Source: an uncultured Clostridia bacterium (lineage in GTDB: Bacteria > Bacillota > Clostridia > UMGS1883 > UMGS1540). Taken from it: 64,000 nt of DNA. The notes below the pieces were generated by a model, which saw nothing but the letters and a program-made list of their open reading frames with translations, was not told the DNA's origin and searched no databases. The first letter of the stretch is position 1. Each line of letters opens with the position of its first letter. Made by a program: the position numbers and the translations under genes. Below, one piece after another: positions 37,654-46,235 of this stretch. Location: NCBI GenBank assembly GCA_937966555.1, contig CALCLY010000036.1, forward strand, positions 122,116 to 186,115, read 5' to 3'.

Positions 37654-37712
37654 ACCGAACCTCCTTTAAAAAATATTTATATCTGTTTTTTCAAAAAGAT
37701 ATGACAAACGTG

Positions 37713-40700
37713 TTATTCCACCGTTACGACATCGCAGAGCGGCTGCATACCTTGGCTTTCGTGTCCCCAGAGCATAAGCTTGTAAACGTATCCGTCGCCG
37801 GGAGTGCCTTTTAAATAGTAATCCTCCCGATTAACATATTTTATAAGGTAATTTACAAGATTTCCGTTTGCGTCATACTTGGCGCTGTGAAGCCTTGCGC
37901 TGCTGTCAGGTGCAAAGCCGATTACGGTGTTAAGCTCTTTGTTGTAGCTGATAAAGGCTGCGTCCTCCGGCGCAATCAGCGCATACCATGCGTTCGGCAC
38001 ATCGCCGGGGTCTGACATGACATACGACAAATCGCTGCTGTTTTTTGCTCCTACGACTTTCATGGGAGAATATTCGCTTTGCGTAAACATCTGCGTAAAT
38101 GCCTTAAAGCTTGTGCCGTTGTAATTTCCCCAATAAATTTCCGTTATGCCGTAAGCAAGCATCGTTTTGCCGTCAAACGCGGTTTTGCAGTCCCTCACGC
38201 TCAGCTTTTCGGCAAGATTTTCGATTTTCGTGGCTTTTATGCCCTTGTCATACGTCAGCTTGCCCGCACCATTGATTGTGAGTGTTCCGCTGCCGTAAAA
38301 AGAAACCTTGCCTCCGCACAGAATACCCACGGCATCTATAGTGTCCGCTTCGATGATACTGTTTCCCATAAGCTCTATGTCAAGGTCGCCGTTTGCATAA
38401 ATTCCGACAGATTCCGCCGTGGCGTAAATCGGATGCGTATCAATATGCGCATTGTTCAGCGTCAGCTTTGCGGGAGACATTGATGTTTCCGGAGTAAAGC
38501 TTACCGCTCCTCCAAACAGCGCCTCGGCATTGTCCTGCGTGATGCTTTCGCCACCCACCGTTATTATAGGTTCGGCAAATACCGCATAAAGCGAAAGCCC
38601 CATAGGTACGAAAACCTCATCTCCCGGCAGATAATCCACCGTTTTGCCGTTTCTGTCGACAGTCCAGCCCAAAAAGCTGTATCCGTTTTTTATCGGACGA
38701 ACATTGGGCAGAATTACTTTATTATACATTTTCATCCGTATGGTTTTATACGGCTGGCTGCCGGCTTCTCTTTTATCGAACAGGAAGAGAACCGTGCTGC
38801 TCTGCATATCGCTTTTTGTAAACGAATTGACAGCAGACGGCTGATATCCGCACTTGGCGCAGGTTTTGCGATACAGCCCGTCTACGGTGTCGGTTGCTTC
38901 TCTTAAAAGCTCATATTTGTAGATGTGTTCTTCGTCCTTCTTGTACGTCACGGTATTTCCGCTCTCATCCTCGTAGCTGCAGCGGCTGCATATAAGGCTG
39001 TGGTTTGTACCGTCCTTCGGGGTGCACGAATCAAATATATGCCTTACAGAGTGACTGACAAGGTTGCCGTTTACCCCTTTTGTAACTTCTTCGCCGTTTA
39101 CCTTTACAACGCATCTGTATGTTTCGCTTTCCGGCATCCTGTTTGTTATGACAAATCCCGGCGTCTCATAGCCGACAAACATGCCGACGCCTACCCCATA
39201 ATCAACAAGCTGTTTTATGCTGATAAACGCCGAATCCTGTTTAAGCTGCCAGTCATATGTAACCGTTGCCCCCTCGGGCGCGCACACCTTGATGTGGAAT
39301 GCGGCGCTCCTGTCACACTCCGTAACAACCTTGTCTGTAAGGTTTTCGATAAAGGGCGCGGTTTCCGTTCTCCCGATATGCACCGGAAGATATTTGCTCT
39401 CGTCGCCCGACGTCACCGTCAGCGTAAAGCTTTTTTCCTCCGTTGCCGCGGACGGGTAAACGCCGGTGATATAACGATTGCCTGTGATTGAAAGCCCGTA
39501 AGCTGCAAATTCCGCATCGCCCGTCACCGTATAGCTGTCGGCACAGCTTATATAATTTTTCAAATCAACATTGATGGAAGATCCCGAAACACCTGCCGGA
39601 ATTTCGACGGGCTTCAGGTTATATACTTTAAACTCCGAAGCTTCCGCGCAAGTATATTCACGTCCGATGTATATGTCCCTTGAAGGCTTGGAAAGATGAT
39701 TCTCAACGGAGACATCGTTTATATACAGCTTTGTTTCCGCCGTAAACCAGGCGTCACCCGTGGCTTTTTCATAGGCGCCGTATTCGTATACGGTATTTTC
39801 GGTATATTCCTCCAATAAGCTGTATTCGGCTTCTCCCGCAAACAGCGCGTTTTGTGCCTCATTGTCCGAAATAATATTCCCGTCATCGTCTTCATAACTC
39901 TGCATTACGGTATACTCCGATGTTCCGAGAGGATAAAAAACGGGTTTTCTGCCCGGCATCGGCTCGATATTGTAAAGCCGCAGCTCTTTTATTATCGGCT
40001 TCCATTGCGCGTAGATTGTCGTATCCTTATTATATACCCTGCCGAGGTCAACCCGTTCGCCGCCTTCGGGCTCGGTATACCAACCCTCAAGATAAAACCC
40101 TTCTCTGTTGATAACGGTGTGGTCATAATGTAAACTCATAATCGTTCCGTCAATCCCCGTCTGCATCTCAAGCGTTGCGGCGCCGGCAGCGCCCACAAAG
40201 CTGCCGCCGTTTGTGTCAAGCGTTATCGTGTTTGGCTTCGGACTTTTGATTGTGTATTCGAACGTAACGCTCGGTTTGTTCACTCCCACGGTGCTTTTTC
40301 TTATCGCTCTCGGCGGCGCGCCGTCCGTCAGCAGTATCTGAGTATTCCGACTCATGCCGAAGCCTTCCTCAAAATCAAACGTCACCGTCAGCGTGCAGCG
40401 GGTTGTGTTTTTAAAACTCGTTGCATTGACATAGCTTTTTTTAATGGGGTCATATACCTTCCATTTAATCCCCCATATGCTGTAAGGTCTGCCGGCAGAC
40501 ACCTTTACCGCCTGCGTCAGCTCCTCTACCGAGCTGTTTGGCCCGGGCTGCTGCACGCCCATAAGCTCAAGCGAATCCAAATAATTCTTCCTAACTCCTT
40601 CGGTGCACAGATTTTTTGTTTTTATATACAGATACCCGGCATAATAGTCTATGTTTTCTTGCGGCACAGGCTCATCGTCAATATAAAACGCGGTACTGCT

Positions 40701-41033
40701 GTTTACCACATAATTTCCGTTTTTGATGATCACTTTAAAACGGTAATAATACTCTGTGCCGCTGTCAAACGGGTCATAATTTGAACTCAGCTTTGCATCG
40801 TCGCAAGCCCTGTACCACTTTCCCTCATCAATCTTTAATATCTCGTCGGAACCGGGACAGGTTAATTTAACAGGCGCTGCTTTGACGCCTTTCTTAATGC
40901 TTACCTCGCTCATCCCCTCAAACCTCACTTCGGGTATAACGGTTTGAGCCGCAAGCGTTGTCTGCGGCAAAACGCCCAAAAGCACTGCCGCGCAAAGAAC
41001 AGCCGAAAAAAGCCTGCCCTTTTTTATTTTCAT
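37713..41033 (-). CDS. Large secreted protein (1106 aa) with Flg_new-type repeats. Function unknown.
   Basis: The start is trimmed to MKIKKGRLFSAVLCAAVLLGVLPQTTLAAQT (RBS GGAGCT). Flg_new repeats read LEGWYTEPEGGERVDLGRVYNKDTTIYAQW and LGWTVDRNGKTVDYLPGDEVF. Confidence 0.7.
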   Translation of the reverse strand: MKIKKGRLFSAVLCAAVLLGVLPQTTLAAQTVIPEVRFEGMSEVSIKKGVKAAPVKLTCPGSDEILKIDEGKWYRACDDAKLSSNYDPFDSGTEYYYRFKVIIKNGNYVVNSSTAFYIDDEPVPQENIDYYAGYLYIKTKNLCTEGVRKNYLDSLELMGVQQPGPNSSVEELTQAVKVSAGRPYSIWGIKWKVYDPIKKSYVNATSFKNTTRCTLTVTFDFEEGFGMSRNTQILLTDGAPPRAIRKSTVGVNKPSVTFEYTIKSPKPNTITLDTNGGSFVGAAGAATLEMQTGIDGTIMSLHYDHTVINREGFYLEGWYTEPEGGERVDLGRVYNKDTTIYAQWKPIIKELRLYNIEPMPGRKPVFYPLGTSEYTVMQSYEDDDGNIISDNEAQNALFAGEAEYSLLEEYTENTVYEYGAYEKATGDAWFTAETKLYINDVSVENHLSKPSRDIYIGREYTCAEASEFKVYNLKPVEIPAGVSGSSINVDLKNYISCADSYTVTGDAEFAAYGLSITGNRYITGVYPSAATEEKSFTLTVTSGDESKYLPVHIGRTETAPFIENLTDKVVTECDRSAAFHIKVCAPEGATVTYDWQLKQDSAFISIKQLVDYGVGVGMFVGYETPGFVITNRMPESETYRCVVKVNGEEVTKGVNGNLVSHSVRHIFDSCTPKDGTNHSLICSRCSYEDESGNTVTYKKDEEHIYKYELLREATDTVDGLYRKTCAKCGYQPSAVNSFTKSDMQSSTVLFLFDKREAGSQPYKTIRMKMYNKVILPNVRPIKNGYSFLGWTVDRNGKTVDYLPGDEVFVPMGLSLYAVFAEPIITVGGESITQDNAEALFGGAVSFTPETSMSPAKLTLNNAHIDTHPIYATAESVGIYANGDLDIELMGNSIIEADTIDAVGILCGGKVSFYGSGTLTINGAGKLTYDKGIKATKIENLAEKLSVRDCKTAFDGKTMLAYGITEIYWGNYNGTSFKAFTQMFTQSEYSPMKVVGAKNSSDLSYVMSDPGDVPNAWYALIAPEDAAFISYNKELNTVIGFAPDSSARLHSAKYDANGNLVNYLIKYVNREDYYLKGTPGDGYVYKLMLWGHESQGMQPLCDVVTVE

Positions 41034-41154
41034 ACAATTCAGCTCCTTTTTTCTTTCGGCGCGCGGCAGCTGCCGCGCTCCTACTGCTTTTTTTATGATT
41101 GTTTCTCCGTCGGCCGGGCCGCAAAATGCCGTAAGCCCGACTTGCATATTGGTT

Positions 41155-44100
41155 TTATGAGCCTGTTATTTTCAGTCTTGCCGAAGGCAAAAGAGGTTTT
41201 ATGTTCTTGTCATAGTTAAACATAAACGCTCTTATCTCATCCGCATCCGAAATATTCAGCTCAAGGGTGCCGACGGAAGCGTCGAGTACCGGCATATCCA
41301 TTTGGCGGATAAATTCTCTTTTTATGTCAATCATCCGTCCGTTTTTGTAGCTTGCTATCCAAATATAGGCAGAGAGTCCGCCGTTGGAAGCGTGGATGCA
41401 ATACTCACCGTTTTTCTCGAACAGCTGCAAGACAGGTTTTTCGGTAAGCTTCGGAAGCGTTACATCCTCTTCGTAAAGGCATACGGAGCAGACATGATGG
41501 CCGATTCCTTCCTCGGTCAAAGTCGGTTTTTTGGGAAATACCATCTGATTGTAGCGGTGAGGAATCACGCGGAGCTTTTCGGAGCAGTCCGGACTCTCGC
41601 ATTCCAGCCAGTGACTTGTTTCGTCGTGCTCATATGAACTGTTGACAAAGGAACAGACATGCGTCAACGCTGCTATCGGCGCGGTTTGTTCGTTCCAGCA
41701 GCCGGCTTGCGAGCAGATGCGTTTCTTAAGGCCCGGCGCAGCTGCTGTCGGTGCCGTAACGGTCACCCAGTCGCTGTATGTATGGCGAACATAGGAGTTG
41801 TCGGAACGTCCGCAAGCTTCGTCGGAGCAAGTATTCCAGTGCGCAATGTTGTCATGCGCCACCACGGTGAAGCTGTGCGTATGCGGTGCGGAAAGCTTGG
41901 GAATGCTCTGCTTCTGCCTTGTTAAGCCGCAGTCGGCACAGTAATAGGTCTGCTCGCCCTCGGCGTCAACCGTAGGCTCCTTGGTGGTTTTCCAATAACC
42001 CGGTGTGTGCGACTGCAAATAAAATTCTTCGTAACAGTTTTTGCACAGTACCATATGTCTGTCTGTCCGACTGCCTGTATATGCCACACTATTTCTGTAC
42101 TCATAAGACGAGGTGTCATGCTGAGGAATAATGCGAATCGGATTGGACTGCGCCGTGCCGCCGTCGCCGGTAACAACGCAGACAAACATGAATTCATCCT
42201 CATATCGCAAAACCTCGCCGCACATGGCGTCATACAGCCCAACGGTCAGCGTATCGGTTTTTGTGCCCGCATGACCGTTTTCGGGGTGTTCCTCTATGTC
42301 GGGAACTTTATACAACTTAACATCTCCGTTGGCATCGTAATAAGCGTTGTACCACTGATAAGTAAGATTGTTGCCGCGCGCCTTGACCGAAAGCTTTACG
42401 AAGTTGTCGTCGCGTCCGTGTCTGTAGGTCGGCTTTATTTCGGCAGGCGACTGCCATGTGATGCGCACGGGGCGGATCCTTCCGCAGGCAACGCAGGAGT
42501 CGCCGTGGCGCCAGTCGTGTGCGCCGATATTCACGCGCTTGCCGCCGTCGGGGCAATCAGAATTGGAGCAGATCTTCCAATGCTGCGTTTCGTTCATCTG
42601 CCACTCATCCGTTTCGTGCGGCAGGTTGATAAAGAACCGCACGTCGCTGTTGTAGTATGCCTCATAATTTCCAAGCTCGTTATGTGCGCGCAGGATAAAT
42701 TCGTATCTGCCGCACTGACCGTACAAGTGCTTGAACAGACGTTGGCACTGCGGCTCCTGTAAATCCAAAATAACGCTGTCTTTGGTATAGGTTACCAGCT
42801 GCTGGGCATACATATTCCAAAACGGCGTGCTCTGCTGCGGATTTATCTTCATCCCCGTTTCGGGGTCGATAATCGACATCTTTACATTTTCGCCGCATAG
42901 CAGCGTATATGGAATTACCAGTTTTTCACCGAATATCGCCGTAAATTCGTCCGCAGCGTAATATTTTTCTTTGCCGTTGACATATGTAACGTAGTCCCAT
43001 TCAAGATCTTTGCCGCCGACCGTATCAATTGCCGGCGCGGCAATTTTCTTATAATAACAGTTCAAAGCGCCGCAGGCATAGGGGTTCTTCGAGAAATCGT
43101 GCGTTGTTTTTGTGCTGGCTTTTACATCGCCGCAAAGGCTGCATTGCCTCCAGTGATGCGTTGCGTTATACGCCAGCACTTCACTGCCTTCGCACGTTCC
43201 GTTTACGCAGGCGGACGAAACACTGCTTGTTTTTCTCAAAAAGTATCCGCAGTCAAGGCAGTTGGAATGTATGATTGCAATAGGTTTTCCGAAAACTTCG
43301 GAAAAGTTTTCACGAACCCATTCTCCGAATCTGTGTCTGTTTTGGTTCATCGCCATACCGCAAATGGTACAGGTCTGATAATGTCTGTTGACGTCCCCCT
43401 GTACATAGGTGCTTCCCGGCGTATGCGTATGTGCGCCGTGGGAGCATTTCGAGAAGCAGGTTCCGTGCGATGTGCAATAGTGGTCGACCCATTTCGGGTC
43501 GCTCGGACATATGTCGTTTCCGCAGGAGCAGGGCGTTGCCGCCTTGCAGCAGACAAGGCACTTGCCGCAGTATTGGCACATCTCGCCGGGCGCAAAGCAC
43601 TTATTGCACGTTTTGCAGAAATGCTTGCTCCAGCCCGAGGAGCCCGGGCAAACGTGTGTATGCGTGCATTGCTCCTCCTCGCGCATCTGATTGCAGCAGC
43701 CGGCACAGCCGCCGCAGATGTTACACAAAACCTCTACACAGCCGCCGTGTTCCTCGCAGTAATGGCTTCTCCATTCGCTTCCTTCTATACATATGCCGTG
43801 TTCGCAGCCCAGAAAATCTGCGTTGCTTAAACAGCAATTCAGACAGTAGCCGCAGTCAGGGCAAAACTCATTATCCTCAAAACAGTTGCCGCAGTTGCCG
43901 CAGCGGTGGGTATCCGCGTCCCACTCCGTGCTTTCAACGCATATGCCGTGGTCGCAGCCATTCCTCTGACTTTCGTTAAGGCAGCACTCTGCGCAAAGGC
44001 TGCAGTCATCACACATCTCATCTTCTTCAAAGCAGTTTTCGCAGGATTGGCAGCGGTGAGAATAATCGTCCCAGTCGCTGCTTTCCACGCATATATCGTG

Positions 44101-45135
44101 GTAGCAGCCGTTTTCTTCGCTGGTTCTGCGGCAGCATTCCTCGCATTTTTCGCATTCGTAGCAGAAATTTTCGCACGAGCTGCAGTAATCTCCGCAATCA
44201 GAGCAAAGTATGTAGCCTTCGTAGTTACACTGATTACAGTTTTCACAAATCCACTCCCAGCACTTGTCGCAGTGATCCCCGTCCTCGCAGCGTCTGCCAT
44301 ATTCTTCGGGGCAAGCGCCGCAGTTGGGGCAAATATCGCTCGGCTCCCAGTCGCAGCAAAAGCCGCAGCTGCCGCAGCTTTGGCAGATTCTGTCGTCTTT
44401 TTCGGCGCAATTTTCGCACATTTCGCAGGTATCGTGGTATTCATATGCACAGCTGTTACATTCCGTACAGTGATCATCCAGCCAGCAATCCCTACACCTA
44501 TCGCATTCCCGGCAGATGACGCCGTCCGTAACACAGTTGTTGCACTTTTCGCAACCTTTACAGAAATCGTCCTCCGATTTACATTGGTTGCAGGCTGACA
44601 AACAATCCTGGCAAACGATTTCCAGACAGCAGCCGAGAGTTGCGCGGCAGGTCTTGCACATATCCTCCTCCTCAAACCCTCCGCTCCCGTAAAGGCAGGT
44701 CAGACACTCGTCGCAGTACGGGCACATGGCGCCGTTCGTCCGGCGGCAGTCTTCGCATACATTACAGCCGCTGCAAATGTCTCTGCCGCATTCTCCGCAA
44801 TACCTGCAGTGGTCGTTTTCGCCGCATTCGATACAATTCCAGCATTCGGTGCAGTATTGGTTTTCGCTCAAATCGTTAAAGCATGCGCCGCAGCTGTGGC
44901 AATGAGTGATTTCAAAACAGTCGCTTCTGCAGTCCTCCGTACAGCGGCCGCAGTTTCCGCAGCAATAGCTGTCCCAATGATAGTGACCGCAGCTTCCGCA
45001 GTTCTGACCGTCGGAATAGTCTGCAAATGCCGTAAAGCTGAAAATGGCTGCTAAAAGGACAACGGCAAAAAGAATAACGGCAAAAAGAACAACGGCATGT
45101 TTCACATGATTTCTTTTCATAATCTTCATAATCAA
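41155..45135 (-). CDS. Giant cysteine-rich secreted/anchored protein (1326 aa). A ~550-aa N-terminal region is packed with CxxC/CxxCxxC(xxxC) clusters and ~50-aa GC-H-IC...W...H-C repeats. Then come HW-x2-C-x4-C motifs and Ig-like regions.
   Basis: N-terminal TM/signal HAVVLFAVILFAVVLLAAIFSFTAFA. The Cys clusters include CGNCGRCTEDC, CRYCGECGRDIC, CKGCEKCNNC and CRECDRCRDC. Four tandem ~50-aa repeats of the type NGC(Y/D)H(D/G)ICVES..W....H.C..C.NCF...E.C..C..C..CC are present. Confidence 0.75.
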   Translation of the reverse strand: MIMKIMKRNHVKHAVVLFAVILFAVVLLAAIFSFTAFADYSDGQNCGSCGHYHWDSYCCGNCGRCTEDCRSDCFEITHCHSCGACFNDLSENQYCTECWNCIECGENDHCRYCGECGRDICSGCNVCEDCRRTNGAMCPYCDECLTCLYGSGGFEEEDMCKTCRATLGCCLEIVCQDCLSACNQCKSEDDFCKGCEKCNNCVTDGVICRECDRCRDCWLDDHCTECNSCAYEYHDTCEMCENCAEKDDRICQSCGSCGFCCDWEPSDICPNCGACPEEYGRRCEDGDHCDKCWEWICENCNQCNYEGYILCSDCGDYCSSCENFCYECEKCEECCRRTSEENGCYHDICVESSDWDDYSHRCQSCENCFEEDEMCDDCSLCAECCLNESQRNGCDHGICVESTEWDADTHRCGNCGNCFEDNEFCPDCGYCLNCCLSNADFLGCEHGICIEGSEWRSHYCEEHGGCVEVLCNICGGCAGCCNQMREEEQCTHTHVCPGSSGWSKHFCKTCNKCFAPGEMCQYCGKCLVCCKAATPCSCGNDICPSDPKWVDHYCTSHGTCFSKCSHGAHTHTPGSTYVQGDVNRHYQTCTICGMAMNQNRHRFGEWVRENFSEVFGKPIAIIHSNCLDCGYFLRKTSSVSSACVNGTCEGSEVLAYNATHHWRQCSLCGDVKASTKTTHDFSKNPYACGALNCYYKKIAAPAIDTVGGKDLEWDYVTYVNGKEKYYAADEFTAIFGEKLVIPYTLLCGENVKMSIIDPETGMKINPQQSTPFWNMYAQQLVTYTKDSVILDLQEPQCQRLFKHLYGQCGRYEFILRAHNELGNYEAYYNSDVRFFINLPHETDEWQMNETQHWKICSNSDCPDGGKRVNIGAHDWRHGDSCVACGRIRPVRITWQSPAEIKPTYRHGRDDNFVKLSVKARGNNLTYQWYNAYYDANGDVKLYKVPDIEEHPENGHAGTKTDTLTVGLYDAMCGEVLRYEDEFMFVCVVTGDGGTAQSNPIRIIPQHDTSSYEYRNSVAYTGSRTDRHMVLCKNCYEEFYLQSHTPGYWKTTKEPTVDAEGEQTYYCADCGLTRQKQSIPKLSAPHTHSFTVVAHDNIAHWNTCSDEACGRSDNSYVRHTYSDWVTVTAPTAAAPGLKKRICSQAGCWNEQTAPIAALTHVCSFVNSSYEHDETSHWLECESPDCSEKLRVIPHRYNQMVFPKKPTLTEEGIGHHVCSVCLYEEDVTLPKLTEKPVLQLFEKNGEYCIHASNGGLSAYIWIASYKNGRMIDIKREFIRQMDMPVLDASVGTLELNISDADEIRAFMFNYDKNIKPLLPSARLKITGS

Positions 45136-45419
45136 ATCGCCTCTCTTTCATGAATTTGCTTTGCTCCGCACATGGGGCAATACTCCGCATCATTAGGGAG
45201 AACATTTTCACATTTGGTGCAGCAACGATGCTTTGCTCTGTAAATATCAAAAACTGTTTCCTCCGGCAGTTTTGTCTGACAAACTTTGCAAAACTTGTTT
45301 TTTGCAGCCTGCGCATTTCCGCAGCACGGGCAGATTTTAAACCTTTTCATATTTTGGGTGCCAAAACCGAAATGCTCCAAAACATCTTTTCTTAACGGTC
45401 TATATCTCGTCACTCTCAT
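45132..45419 (-). CDS. Small double zinc-ribbon protein.
   Basis: CPCCG...CKVC and CTKC...CPMCG. The start is trimmed to avoid a 56-nt overlap, so it is uncertain. Confidence 0.45.
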   Translation of the reverse strand: MRVTRYRPLRKDVLEHFGFGTQNMKRFKICPCCGNAQAAKNKFCKVCQTKLPEETVFDIYRAKHRCCTKCENVLPNDAEYCPMCGAKQIHEREAI

Positions 45420-45873
45420 CAGCTCCTCCATATAATAGTTTTTTGCCGCATACAAAGCAAATTATATCTCCGTTTTTTGCTTTTGCGCCGCAGTGCTTGC
45501 AATACTTTGCTTCTTCCTCAAGAGGAGCACAATTCACGCACATAAGCATATCCGGATTATATACAATCGAATCAACCCATCTGCCGCACAAGTGGCATAA
45601 ATTAAAATTTTTCTTGCCCTCCGCTTCCCATGCCGCCGAAAGCTCTGCCTCGAAATCGTCTGCATAATACTTTCCTGTGGTACAGACAAGCTTTCCCGAC
45701 AATTCACAGAAAAAGCTGTAACGGTTTCCGCCATGTGACGGAATAATTTTGTATGCAGCCGTTTTATGCTTCTCATTTATCATACGCCTCGCCTCCTCTC
45801 TGAAAAACTTATAAACCCGTTTCTTTTGCACAAACCTACGCAAATTATCCGCAAGCCGTTGACTAATTGCCAA
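45400..45873 (-). CDS. Zinc-ribbon protein (157 aa). It is the first gene of the co-directional envelope cluster.
   Basis: CHLCG...CVNC and CKHCG...CFVCG. Confidence 0.5.
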   Translation of the reverse strand: MAISQRLADNLRRFVQKKRVYKFFREEARRMINEKHKTAAYKIIPSHGGNRYSFFCELSGKLVCTTGKYYADDFEAELSAAWEAEGKKNFNLCHLCGRWVDSIVYNPDMLMCVNCAPLEEEAKYCKHCGAKAKNGDIICFVCGKKLLYGGADESDEI

Positions 45874-46086
45874 AAATGTGATATACTTGTGATGGATAAA
45901 TCTGCTAAAAAGGAACCCGTCTTTTTATTTAAGAAACTGCGATTACTTTATAATAGGTTGAAACACATACGTAAAAGAACGCCTCTTTATCTTTTTTTTG
46001 CAGATAATTCTTTCCGGTGCTGCAAATTGTTGTTTTTACATGTTTTCATTATACATAAAAATATCTTTTTGTCCCCATACTTTTTG

Positions 46087-46158
46087 CCAAAAGTATAGGA
46101 TGAATTTCAAAAAAATCAGGTTTTTTTAAAAAAGTAGGGGGAAAAGTATAGGAGAATT
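46087..46158 (+). promoter_or_regulatory. Direct repeat AAAAGTATAGGA (two copies 56 bp apart) in the promoter region of the SBP gene. It is a candidate operator.
   Basis: ccaaaagtataggatg at 46087-46102 and ggaaaagtataggaga at 46143-46158. Confidence 0.3.
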
Positions 46159-46235
46159 ACATTTATTGGTAATTTTTTGATGTAAAACCGAAGGACAGAA
46201 AAAATCATTAAAACATATTACGGAGGAATTTTTGT

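Noticed and set aside
43099-44879. Long ORFs in several alternative frames on both strands inside the Cys-rich gene (43099..43830, 43431..43979, 43906..44598, 43839..44675, 44809..45054).
   Set aside because: They are a consequence of highly periodic TGC/TGT-GAA-GAC codon composition. The translations are Ala/Arg-rich nonsense, and only the 41155..45135 frame has a start, an RBS and a signal peptide.
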